The notes under the pieces: generated by a model
The model's input: the letters and a program-made list of their open reading frames with translations, nothing else
Databases searched by the model: none
Told to the model about the DNA's origin: nothing
Shown: positions 24,615-35,486 of the stretch, piece after piece
How the letters are laid out: the number at the start of each line of letters is the position of its first letter
How positions within the stretch are numbered: position 1 is the stretch's first letter
Assembly (NCBI GenBank): GCA_040285855.1
Contig: JAUFOQ010000002.1
Span: forward strand, 124,001 to 188,000
Direction of reading: 5' to 3'
Source of the DNA: Eukaryota sp. GEM-RC1
Lineage: Eukaryota
Length of the DNA: 64,000 nt
Position numbers and translations under genes: made by a program

Positions 24615-26408
24615 TGAGGAAAATGCAATTTTAAACATTGATTTTAAAAATGCATTTAATTGTGTTTTAAGAACAACTATATCTGACGAACTTTCTGAAT
24701 TTTTGACTCAGTTGATTGAGTATTTTAATATTTTTTATGGTAAAGCGTCGAATTTAATTTTTGACAAGTTTGATATTAAATCAACTAGAGGCGTTAAGCA
24801 AGGTGATCCTTTTGGTCCTTTATTGTTTTGTCTCGCTCTGCAAAAATTATTTAAAATCTTACAATTAGATTTTCCAACTGTTAAAATTTGTGCTTATGCT
24901 GATGATTCTTCGCTGATCGCTCCAGATGACGTTCTCAAAAAGTGTTTTTCACGTTTCATTGAACTTTCTTTGAGTATTGGTTTGGCAATTAATTTTGATA
25001 AGTGTTTTCTTGTTGTTAAGTCTTCGAATGTTTCTAATCTTGGTTTTTGTAATATTCCTATCATCGATTATTCTACTCAATGTTTTCGTTTTCTTGTCAC
25101 ATTTTTGGGAAATTATGAGAAAATTCATTCAGAATTGGAGGGTTCACTAACTACCATTGAAGAAAAACTAAATCAAATATTATCTTTAGATGTGAGTAAA
25201 CCTGTTTCTTTTGCTATGCTTCAGGTTTGTTTTTCCGGGAAAATTAATCATTTTTTCCGTTCATTAGACTATTCCCTTACTGGAAACATTTGCCAAGAAA
25301 TTTAATTCTATTACATGTAGAACAAATTCTCTCTCTAACTTGGCTGAAATTGATGAGTCTAAGATTCATGTTCATGCTTTTTATTCATCTGAATTTGCAG
25401 GGGTAGGTTTCACCCATGCAAAAATCATTAGAAAATCTGCTCTTTTAGGAGGTGTTAAGAATTTTATGTTTGAATTTTTGAAACGGTTTCCCTTGGATGG
25501 AATCAATCTGTTGAATTCCAGTAATTGCCGTTGGATTCAATCTGCTAAAGATTTGGTATCACCCTTGGCTCCTGAACTGTGGAAATCTTTGTTCCATGCT
25601 CACTTAAAGGAGACTCCTTTAAAAGATATTTCATCTCTACCGTCTGCTGTATGTAAACTGCAAAATTAAATGACAAAGGAGTTTGAACTCTTGGACTTTG
25701 ATAATCGTATTAGCTTGGCTAAAACTAATAGTCCCGAGTTCGCTGCTTTTTTAATTGACCTTTGTAATAGTGGACCGTCTGGATTTATTTCTCAAATTCC
25801 TAAAGTGTACTGATTACATCTATCTGATGAAGCTTGGATGATCAATGTGCGTCTTCGTTTGGCTATTTGGCCTGCAAATTTATTAAAACTTGCTCTTGTG
25901 GAGCTATTGGTGTTTTTCGTCATTTAATTAATTCTCGTTATTCTATTCATCTACGTGCAGTAATTCATGATGGTGTACGTGATTCTTGTTATTCCATGTT
26001 TAAAGCACATGGTTTTCACACTAAAGTTGAACCAGTTTTGAATCATCTTTCAGAAAATGAATTTACTGATCAACAAAGAGGGGATCTCCATACTCCGTGG
26101 CTTAAATCGAGTCAATCATTAATGGATGTTACCACAGTAGATGTTTGTAACAAATCTTGTGTTAGTAGGATATTAGATTCTTCTTTTAATCCGTTAACAG
26201 CTGCTGAAAAGCTCAAACACTCCAAGTATGACTCTCAAGTAGAAGAATTAAAGAGAAACTCATACTCCAAATTTGTGTTTCAACCTTTTGCTGTTTCTCT
26301 TTTTGGATCTATTAGTCCTGCTGGCGATCAATTTTTCAAGGATTTCGAAGAACTGTGTAAAGAAAAGAAGCGAAAGTTTAGAATGGCTGAATGGAAAAAC
26401 CGTATAGT
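24615..26408 (+). mobile_element. 5'-truncated, inactivated CRE-like non-LTR retrotransposon (RT + REL endonuclease)
   Basis: IDFKNAFN, GVKQGDPFGPLLF, AYADD, then CSC..H..HDGVRD..RGD..DVTTVD; stops and frameshifts. Confidence 0.88.
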
Positions 26409-26439
26409 TGTGGGAGAAAATTTATGGAACAAAAACACA

Positions 26440-27570
26440 AAAATAAACACAAATACTAAAACTCAATATCATTAAAGCAACAATCATTGCCATTAAAACT
26501 CACATCAGCTTTTTCTTCATAAAAAACACTGAGAGCTAATAGAGCTTTTGAAATCATGATGGGAATTGTTTTAAATATTGTAAAAACAATACGATTCAAC
26601 CCAAATTTGAAACCGTATATTGTTATCCATACATCGGAATATGCCTTTCTATTTCTCTCGATTAATTGAGAAATTGTACATGTTTGGTGTGATCCAATAC
26701 ATATTTTGATTGAGCTTAGCAACATATTTGGAATACAAATCAATTTTATCCTTTTCTGCTGTTACTAGGTGGTTGAAACCTTTTGAAGTTAGGCTGCTAA
26801 CATGAATTTGAGCACATGGATCTAATGTTATAGCATCAAGAATAGTTTGACTGATATGAGAAAAAGCATTATTCGGCACCCAATAAGGTAACCTTCCTAC
26901 ATAACTATGAAATTGTAAAAACAAACAAATAATGCTAAAATTAAATCCAAACGACTTCATCACCACCCGGTAAAAGATTAATTTGTATCCTGGATACCTG
27001 TTTGGATACGTTTAAAGCTAACGGTTTTCATGGAAAAATTAAACCTTTACTTGCTAATCTTTCTGATCAGCCAAAAGATGATAGAAACTGTGATAATTTG
27101 ATTGGTCTTTGGTTATCTTGTCAGGAAATTATCATGAATTTCACAACTGTTGATCTTTGTAATTCAAGATCAATTTGCAAAAAAATTAATGATTTTTCTG
27201 TTCTTGAAGTGGCTGAATAATTAATTCAGTTAAACCAATTAACCAATTGAATGTTGACCGGTACAATTCTTTTGTGTGTCAACCGTTTGCGATGTCGATA
27301 TACAGTAATATTGGACCAGCTGCACAAGGTTTTTTAACTTCCTTTGGTAAATTGTGTTCTGAGTACTGTAAAGTTTTCAATCAAAATTTTTGGTTGAGTA
27401 GGTTAACGTTTGGGTTGTTTCGTTCAATGCACAGATATTTTAATTCAATTTTAGGTAAGTTGTTCGGTGATGGACAGAAGGATTATAGTTTAGATGCTTT
27501 AGTTAGTGTCTGTTAGTTATTAACTTCTGCAAATGCATTATTTTACTGATTGATCATAAATCCCGATTTT
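26440..27570. mobile_element. Patchwork of non-LTR 3' fragments from several subfamilies in both orientations
   Basis: 26456-26600(-) resembles 19660-19810. 26630-26690 and 26870-26980(-) resemble 1090-1290. 26985-27570(+) resembles 11385-11650. Confidence 0.75.
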
Positions 27571-27648
27571 TAACATTGTACACAATAAGGAAATCTTCAA
27601 TAACTAAATTTAATATTACAATAACTAAGAAACTAAACCCAAGAAAAC

Positions 27649-28611
27649 TCAATCAATCTGAATCACATCATCATAATTATTATTCTTCGAGAAAAGAGTA
27701 GGTTGTTTGAAACTATCAGGCAAAACCATACCAGGATTCTTTGGTCGAGACTTCTTCACTGTTCTAGTTCTATCATCCCCAACTCTACGTTTACGGTCTA
27801 GACTAGTATCAGAGTGTTTAGTAGAAATCTCTTTTCCCACTGTTGAAATCACGTCATCAACACGAGCCATGTAATCGTCATCAAGAACAGTAGGATCCAA
27901 GGATGTGGATATAACTTCTTCTTCCTTTACATTAGTTTCAGCTGGAGAGACTACCTCACTCCTGGCACCAGAGAATTGAAGACTGTTCAACAACTTCATA
28001 CTTTCATCAGCATTAACTTTGTGCCATTCTAATGATTTTTTCAATTGAAGTATGGTGTTCTTTCGTTTTGACAAAGTGTCTTTCAACTTAATGATGGTGC
28101 CTGCCAGTACATCTGAAGGTTGTTTCTGTAGACGGACAAACTCCTCAGCTCCGGAGCCGAGGTTTCTCTGGGTGAACTTTGTAGCATAAGCAGTCTTAAG
28201 TTCTTGAGTTTCTTTCAGAGCAAGATGTTTTGCAGCAGAGAGTTGTTTGATTTCAGTGGTTTTTCTCTCAATATCAGCATTAACATTGGTGATCTGAAGG
28301 TTCAAGCGATCAATTTCGTTCTGATAGGCCTGATTCATTCGATTAAGATCATCAAGTTGCTTAGAGAGACTTTCTACTTCTAACTTGGCTTTGACAACGT
28401 CCTCGTCATTGGAGGAGGTAGGAATGAACAATTGAAAGACAGCGCTACATGGCTTTCGACACATTGGACATTCAAGTCTTCGAGCAATACAGGTTTGGAG
28501 ACATGATAAATGAGCAACATGTCCACATTGATTGTCAAATGTGGCAATGGGTTGACTGTAGAGATCATCATAGCAGATTGCACATGTTGGAAGACAATCC
28601 AATTCATTCAT
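27649..28611 (-). CDS. RING-H2 + coiled-coil E3 ligase (TRAIP-like architecture)
   Basis: CAIC..CGHVAHLSC..CPMC followed by heptad coiled coil; C-terminal QPTLFS resembles a PIP box. Confidence 0.8.
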   Translation of the reverse strand: MNELDCLPTCAICYDDLYSQPIATFDNQCGHVAHLSCLQTCIARRLECPMCRKPCSAVFQLFIPTSSNDEDVVKAKLEVESLSKQLDDLNRMNQAYQNEIDRLNLQITNVNADIERKTTEIKQLSAAKHLALKETQELKTAYATKFTQRNLGSGAEEFVRLQKQPSDVLAGTIIKLKDTLSKRKNTILQLKKSLEWHKVNADESMKLLNSLQFSGARSEVVSPAETNVKEEEVISTSLDPTVLDDDYMARVDDVISTVGKEISTKHSDTSLDRKRRVGDDRTRTVKKSRPKNPGMVLPDSFKQPTLFSKNNNYDDVIQID

Positions 28612-29119
28612 GGAAGAACGGAAAAGGGAAACACTTGTCTAGGTCATTGAAAAGAGAACTTTGTTGTAACGAACTTCGCGTTCAGAGAAATTTATTGTTC
28701 TATGAAAACATTAAGTTACTTAGTCTAGGTACTTCTTGTTGAATCCACCAGATTGTCTTCAATTTCTTCATCCATAAAAGCATAAGTGATCGCTTTAACT
28801 TAATCCAGATGACTATCTTGTTACTTCTGACAACAAGCAACGACCCACAAAAGTGCATGTCAAAACGGTTTGTGTTGTATGGTAGGTACGAAAGCACAAA
28901 ATCATCCTTAATGTGTCCATTATGTAATACAAACAGAGATTCAATGTTGCGAAAAAGGACCGTTCCATTAGTTATGGATCAATGACCACTCCATTTTTGG
29001 ATTGATTATCATTAATTACGTGTTCCCAGCAGAATTTCATTTCATCACAATACAATTAAAACATAAATGTACTGCACTTCCTGAATTAGTGTGTACAATG
29101 CAACAATAAATTAATACAT

Positions 29120-29407
29120 ACTAATTCAGAAAATGAAAGAAGTTAAATTATCCACATCAACACGAGAATTATTCTTATACAACTTGGAATAAGTGTAACT
29201 TAAATACTTGATAATGCTTCTATAAAGAGCAAACATAATTCGATTAATCCATACAGAATCATACAAAAATTTGCCATTAGAACGTCAAAAAGACTAAAAT
29301 CGCTGAACAATTTTAAACCTGCTGGACCAATGTTACCAAAATTTGAAATTGCAAATGGATCAAATGAAAACTGAGAATATATCAATTTTCGTTAAGCTTC
29401 TTCAAAA
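29120..29407 (-). mobile_element. Non-LTR REL fragment, 3' half (5' half at 36319-36430)
   Basis: YSQFSFDPFAISNFGNIGPAG continues the reading HLEKTEQRKCSNYMDALK from beyond 36318. Confidence 0.75.
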
Positions 29408-30178
29408 CAGTGGTGTTAAATAAATAGAATACACCGTAAAAATGTCCGTAAATACGAAACGCCAACATCGGGAAAATTTCCGCACGTACGGAAAGAAAAC
29501 AATGTCCGGATCGTATATACAGAATGGTTGACTCCGTATTAATACTGTTGCCACTTTTAGTGGCGTGTCATTGGTTGTTGTTGGTCTGATACAATTGTTA
29601 GCAATGTATATTGGTAATATGGATATCTTCTTCTAGGATGATATCTATCATAATAAATTTACTTTACCCCAACTTCATGACTTCACCCGCTAAACCAACA
29701 GTAATTACTGTGGATTCCTCCACGGTGACTCCCCATACTATAGTACATATACCTCCTTCCATGGAGCAAACACATATACCTGAAGATTCCGTCTCTTCAG
29801 CCTATAAAGTTCATCCAATGGGTTCCAATCCCATACAAAGCCAGAGTCCCGCTCTCTCCGCTTTCCCTTTTGATCAAGGTTTGACGGATTGTATATAACC
29901 AATCCTAAAGACCCTAGGTTAGAAACTTTGAGACCTCCACCTCCATTCGTTGGAATCCTGGAACCGTCCTCCGCTCCTCAATCTGAAGATGAGAATCCAA
30001 CAACAGAATTCTCCATCCTTCTGAAAGAGAGCATGAGAACTCGTCCAAAGAAGAAGATTCAAGGACTTGCTTCAAAAAGAGATCCAAGGACAAAACACCT
30101 GAGCAGAGTTTTGGTCAGCCAGGTCCGTTACAACCACCTGTCCTCTCTTCCAAGCCTGGCTTAGGTTTCTCACTACCT

Positions 30179-31363
30179 TTGCCTAACATAGATCCTGTCC
30201 CAGAACTCCCACATTCTCCGGACATCTTGAGTCCCCCAACAACTCATGGTAGTTCTCCTTGTACGGATTATACCTTTCCAGTTACTGGGAACAACACAAG
30301 ATCTGTATTATCTACTGATATATATGGTTCTTTTATGGCAGTTGATAACCCCGACCTTACTGAAGCTAGAAGATTGGACATGCGTTCAAAATTCAATCCA
30401 GACCTTCGTTCTTCCGTGGTTGAAACAACTACGCCTAAAGACTCAGAAACCAGAGCCCCAGAATTGTTTCCCATATACAATCATGACGGACGCTTGGTAG
30501 GATACGCTCCTAGAATAATTCCTGGTTTTATACCAGCATCCTCTGTGGATACCTCTTGTAGAGTGCAAACTGCTCCTTTACACTTGTCCGATCTCCACGA
30601 GTCGACAATCAGTACCTCCTACAGTGCCCTCGAAAGCGCAGGAGTCCAACGCACTAATCTTGTCCTACGTCCTAACGAACCCGACAAAATCGACACAAGT
30701 TCTCAAGATTCTATTTTGTCATTTGTTCTCGATTTCACTGGCTTCTTCAAGAAACCACGTAGATTAGATGGCAGTTCCATCGCCCACTCTAAAGATTTTC
30801 TTTTAGGTTTCCCACATCATGAACTTGATCTAGTCCGGGAAGCCATGGGTGAAGTCGACGTTACCCGACTCCAAGAATTTGTTCCTCTTGTAACCTCGTA
30901 CGGTTGGAAGATCAGCGGAGTCTGGGACGGTGCCAACAACAGCACATTATGGATGGTTATTCTATTGAAAACCCAACATAGCAACATGATTGATGCTACC
31001 AATGCCATAAACCGAATAAACATGGATTGGTCTATTGCCAACGATGATTTTCGTTGGTCCAATTACCTAGAGAGGTTTCAGAAAGCTGCGTACAAATGCT
31101 CCTTCATTTGTGAAGACGTCACGAACCCCACTTTCGGCCATTCTATTCGTATCAAAGAATTGATGAAAATCTTCTTAATACACATGGGATCCGCTCAACT
31201 ATGGTTCACTTTCAAGTCCAAAATCGAAGAAGGAAAATATGAAAACTTTTCTCAATTTTTCAAAGATCTCCGACCTGCATACATCACGTGGTGTACCAGT
31301 ATTGGTTCTTCAATCGAGCTTAAGAATAAAGCTCGGTTAGGTGCCTCGGAAGGAATTGCCTAA
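30179..31363 (+). CDS. gag: Gag-like ORF (upstream part broken by frameshifts from about 29677)
   Basis: Position in the element; Pro/Ser-rich N-terminus. Confidence 0.65.
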   Translation: MPNIDPVPELPHSPDILSPPTTHGSSPCTDYTFPVTGNNTRSVLSTDIYGSFMAVDNPDLTEARRLDMRSKFNPDLRSSVVETTTPKDSETRAPELFPIYNHDGRLVGYAPRIIPGFIPASSVDTSCRVQTAPLHLSDLHESTISTSYSALESAGVQRTNLVLRPNEPDKIDTSSQDSILSFVLDFTGFFKKPRRLDGSSIAHSKDFLLGFPHHELDLVREAMGEVDVTRLQEFVPLVTSYGWKISGVWDGANNSTLWMVILLKTQHSNMIDATNAINRINMDWSIANDDFRWSNYLERFQKAAYKCSFICEDVTNPTFGHSIRIKELMKIFLIHMGSAQLWFTFKSKIEEGKYENFSQFFKDLRPAYITWCTSIGSSIELKNKARLGASEGIA

Positions 31364-34300
31364 GGAATTAAAAAACCTCTGGCTTTCCAAAACCAAGCAT
31401 ACCTCTATCCATCACCCAGCCAATCCGAGTGGTTCTAAACGAAGAAGTAGTGAGACTCACCACACCGGTCCCAATCCACATAAGAAGATGTCTCGTTCCA
31501 AGCCTATCACAACGAACACCGGTGGCACTCCCAAATGTGCTTACTGTGGAAGCACCAAACATGTGTTATCTGAATGCACCGATGACGCATGTACCCGCAG
31601 TAAACTCTCCAAAGAAGAAAGAGCTGCACGCCGTGAACAAGGTGATGTCCCAGAACGAAAACCTGTCACCAAACCAGCCAAACCTAGATCTTTCCATAGT
31701 TCAAATAAAAAATCTAGTTACTCCGAGCAACATAATACTCCTAGTATCAACAACCTTAGCCAGTTGCAATCTATTTCAAACCCTCTGGGAAATATCAAAA
31801 CTAATCCCCAGATAAATTCCCTATCTGCTACACACGATCCCACTCCTGTGCCCAGTCCCGTGAAGACTCCTTCATCAAACGATTTTATCCACATATTCTT
31901 TGAGATCAATGGTATCAGTCTCGAAGGCATGTTCGATAGTGGTGCAGCCCTCTCTGTTATCACAAAAGATCTAGCAGATCAATGTTCAATGTTAGTCACA
32001 GACGACTTCATTCACTTCAAATCAGCCAATAATTCTGTTAGCCAAACCCTTGGTCGTGCCTCGGGTACTTTATCATTCCGTCTCGGTAGCATAGCTAACT
32101 TAGTTCATATCCAATACAGTCTCCCAATTATCCCTGGATGCAACAAAATGTTAATTGGTCTTGACCTTTTGGAGCGATTAGGGCTACGAACAGACACTGG
32201 ATTAGTCATCCAGTTAGATAAAGAACATAAAGTCCTACTGACAGACGATAGCGAGTTCGATCATAAACTCGTGTCAATTAGTTCACTTTCCAGTACCAAC
32301 CAACGTCCATTTGATGATTGGTGCGAATACGTTTCAACAACAGGATGTATGATCAACCTCGATTGCACACAACGAACTAAAACCATGCTTAACCTTTTTA
32401 TGGAATTTAAGGAAGTATTCGCAGAAGTTCCTCACCGTGATGGCATAGACTGTGCCCCAATGAGTATCCCATTCCACAACGAATCAGTCATAGTGAGAAA
32501 ACCTCCTCGAAGACTCAACCCAGTCAAACAAAGAATCGCTGAAGAGATCTTCGACGAACTCGTCCGTGCAGACTTTGCTGAATATACTGAACCCGTGTTC
32601 AGCTCCCCAATTGTCCTAGTCATTTACCCAGATCACCGCAAACCACGCCTGACTGGAGACTTCAGTGGCTCTGGCGGAGTCAACGACAACTCCATCCCGG
32701 TAGAAGCTCAGCTACCCAGAATATCGGAAGTGATTGAATTTCTTTCACAAGCAAAATTCATTGCCACCTTTGATTTACCAAAAGCCTTCTGGCAATTGAA
32801 AGTCACTGAAAAGGACCGCATCAAGACAACCTTAAGCATTCACGGGAAGTCTATAAAATTCAAGAGAGCCTGCTTTGGCCTCAAGAACGTTCCAGCCATT
32901 TTCCAAAACATCATGGTGGAAATATTTCAAGCCGAAGGGATATTCATCTACATAGATGATATCATTGTCATTGGCAACACGTTTGACCAATTCATTGAGA
33001 GAATACATTTCGTCCTAACCCAAAGTCATTCTCGTAGAGTCAACATTGGCCTACGTAAGACCAAAGTGGTTACCGACCAACATGAAATTCAAGTCTTGGG
33101 AACGAAATTCATGAACAGAAAACGATCAATTGCCCAATCAAGGATTGATGCCCTCATCAACCTTCCTAAACCAACCAACGTCAAGGAAGTGAGGAGCCTG
33201 ATCGGTTCCATCAACTTCATTCGTGACTGGTTACCAGGCATATCTGACCTGATACAACCAATCATCAACTTGATTAAGCAAGACTCCAAGTCAAAAGGCC
33301 CGCCCAAATCCATCAAATGGAATGACTCACATGATGCCTTACTTAACCAAATCAAACACCTGATCGCTAGCAATATCCCTCTGGCGCTGCCAGATCCCAA
33401 TAAACACATCCTAATAAGTTGTGATGCTTCAGATCTTGCAGTTGGAGGCACAGTTTGGATGGAAATTCCACCTAACTCCCCTACTGGTACCCCGCTTAGG
33501 GACAGAAAGGTTTTGCCTCTCTCCTTCTATAGCAAAATACTCTCTCCTTCACAACAACGATGGTCTACAATGCAGAAAGAACTGTATGCCATCCTCTTGA
33601 TTTTAACTGAATCAACCTTATCAAACTACTTATTGACTCGCCAAATTACCGTCTTTACAGACCACAAGAACTTGGCATACCTGATATCAGCACCCGAGAA
33701 GAACCGAATCGTCAAACGATGGATTCCCGTTCTATCTGAATTCCACATCGATGTAGTTCACACACCCGGTGAAGACAATCACTGGGCAGACATGTTATCC
33801 AGATTCATACCTAAAAGAGAACCTCATGACGAAGTCGACCAAGTGAACGCTCTGCGAGATGAAAGTTCAATACAGTTATTGTCCGGATTTTCACTCGACT
33901 TCACGGAAGATGACATGGAGTTCACTCAATACGATACCAATTCCATACTTAACCTGACACCGGTCGTCTTAGATGACCTTCCGATGTTCAGTTCATGGAT
34001 TTCCAAAATCCGACTGGAACAATTGACCGCCATAGAAAACAATGACCCATTACTATCTAACGTCTCAATTGACCCCAATAGTCAACTATACCTTTCCAAT
34101 AAAGGTAAAATAATCATACCAGAAGCTCTTAGGAATACTATCCTTTACAACCTTCACGGGCTAACACACGCCGGACACCCCAGTGCCAAAGACAGTCTCG
34201 ACCGTCTAGCCAAATCTGATTTCGTATGGCCTGGAATGCACAAAGACATGAAACGACATGTTGCCACGTGCCCCAGCTGTCAAAAAACAGCTCCTGTACC

Positions 34301-35486
34301 TAGAAAACAACTGCCATCCACCGGCAGCCTATGGGCAGACAAACCATTCGCTAAGATGCATGTAGACACAATTGGACCTCTACCTGCCGACAACTTGGAA
34401 AACAAATACCTTGTAGTGTTCATTGACGCTTTCACAAGATACTCCATACTGGTACCCTTGATTGACCTAAACGCTAATGAAACAGCTAATGCCTTAATCT
34501 GGAACGTTTGTTCCATCTTCGGCATTCCCTATAAGATTCACTCCGATAATGACCCTGAGTTCGCTAACGCCACTTTTATCGCCACATGTAATCTTCTAGA
34601 TATCGAAGTTTCAAAATCAATACCCATGCTCTCCCAAAGCAACGGTCTAGTCGAAAGACGACATCGTGACATCTTGCAATCCTTACGCAAGATACTAGTA
34701 GACTTTAACGATTTCGACAACTGGAGTTCTCACATTCCTCTTGTCCAATTAATAGTCAATACTAATCGTAGTAGAGTTACCGGCTTTACTCCCTTCGAAC
34801 TTATGTTTGGAACAAACACCGACCCTCGCGGTGACCCTAGTCGCTTATTAACATTTCTTAAATCTTCACAAACCTCAGAATTAGCCTTCCTCACGGATCT
34901 GAATTTGAAACTAAACAGACTGCAAACAAAAAGAGAAAAAGCAGAGTCATCTCAGCTTTCAATCCAACCTAAGACTTCCAGGTCGAAGAACCCCTTCCGC
35001 CTTGGAGACCTAGCCCTTAGAAGCACTAAGAAAGATAAACTCCATGGACGATACGAAGGACCCTTCAAGGTAATTGGTATTCCGTCAGATTCCTCACTGA
35101 CACTCAAGAACCTCATAACAGGTCATGAGTCCCGTTCCTCAGTAGCACTCTGCAAACCATATCACTCTGACTTCGGTCCAGATAATGAGTTCCACAAGTT
35201 TGTTGCTGCCAACGATTCCGAAGAATTGATTGTTGAGAAAATTCTCGATCAATCAATTTCCAATTCCCAAGTCGTGTGTTCAGTTTTATGGCATGATGGA
35301 AGTACTACCCAGGAACCATTAGCCAATGTTAAGAACACCAAGGCCTACTCCACTTTTATTAAAGACAACCCCAATCTCCGGGTCCAAAACAAGTCTTATA
35401 AATCCAATATATCGATTGCATCCCCTTTATCTCGTCGCACCCGATCCAGATCGAACTCGACTTCTAAGAAGAAAAGGCAGTGTTAG
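31341..35486 (+). CDS. pol: Gag-Pol polyprotein: CCHC, protease, RT, RNase H, integrase, GPY/F, chromodomain
   Basis: CAYCGSTKHVLSEC, FDSGA, YIDD, CDASD, HHCC, HVD..SDN..GLVER, YEGPFKV, VEKILD..VLW..EPLANV. Confidence 0.95.
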   Translation: MPRKELPKELKNLWLSKTKHTSIHHPANPSGSKRRSSETHHTGPNPHKKMSRSKPITTNTGGTPKCAYCGSTKHVLSECTDDACTRSKLSKEERAARREQGDVPERKPVTKPAKPRSFHSSNKKSSYSEQHNTPSINNLSQLQSISNPLGNIKTNPQINSLSATHDPTPVPSPVKTPSSNDFIHIFFEINGISLEGMFDSGAALSVITKDLADQCSMLVTDDFIHFKSANNSVSQTLGRASGTLSFRLGSIANLVHIQYSLPIIPGCNKMLIGLDLLERLGLRTDTGLVIQLDKEHKVLLTDDSEFDHKLVSISSLSSTNQRPFDDWCEYVSTTGCMINLDCTQRTKTMLNLFMEFKEVFAEVPHRDGIDCAPMSIPFHNESVIVRKPPRRLNPVKQRIAEEIFDELVRADFAEYTEPVFSSPIVLVIYPDHRKPRLTGDFSGSGGVNDNSIPVEAQLPRISEVIEFLSQAKFIATFDLPKAFWQLKVTEKDRIKTTLSIHGKSIKFKRACFGLKNVPAIFQNIMVEIFQAEGIFIYIDDIIVIGNTFDQFIERIHFVLTQSHSRRVNIGLRKTKVVTDQHEIQVLGTKFMNRKRSIAQSRIDALINLPKPTNVKEVRSLIGSINFIRDWLPGISDLIQPIINLIKQDSKSKGPPKSIKWNDSHDALLNQIKHLIASNIPLALPDPNKHILISCDASDLAVGGTVWMEIPPNSPTGTPLRDRKVLPLSFYSKILSPSQQRWSTMQKELYAILLILTESTLSNYLLTRQITVFTDHKNLAYLISAPEKNRIVKRWIPVLSEFHIDVVHTPGEDNHWADMLSRFIPKREPHDEVDQVNALRDESSIQLLSGFSLDFTEDDMEFTQYDTNSILNLTPVVLDDLPMFSSWISKIRLEQLTAIENNDPLLSNVSIDPNSQLYLSNKGKIIIPEALRNTILYNLHGLTHAGHPSAKDSLDRLAKSDFVWPGMHKDMKRHVATCPSCQKTAPVPRKQLPSTGSLWADKPFAKMHVDTIGPLPADNLENKYLVVFIDAFTRYSILVPLIDLNANETANALIWNVCSIFGIPYKIHSDNDPEFANATFIATCNLLDIEVSKSIPMLSQSNGLVERRHRDILQSLRKILVDFNDFDNWSSHIPLVQLIVNTNRSRVTGFTPFELMFGTNTDPRGDPSRLLTFLKSSQTSELAFLTDLNLKLNRLQTKREKAESSQLSIQPKTSRSKNPFRLGDLALRSTKKDKLHGRYEGPFKVIGIPSDSSLTLKNLITGHESRSSVALCKPYHSDFGPDNEFHKFVAANDSEELIVEKILDQSISNSQVVCSVLWHDGSTTQEPLANVKNTKAYSTFIKDNPNLRVQNKSYKSNISIASPLSRRTRSRSNSTSKKKRQC

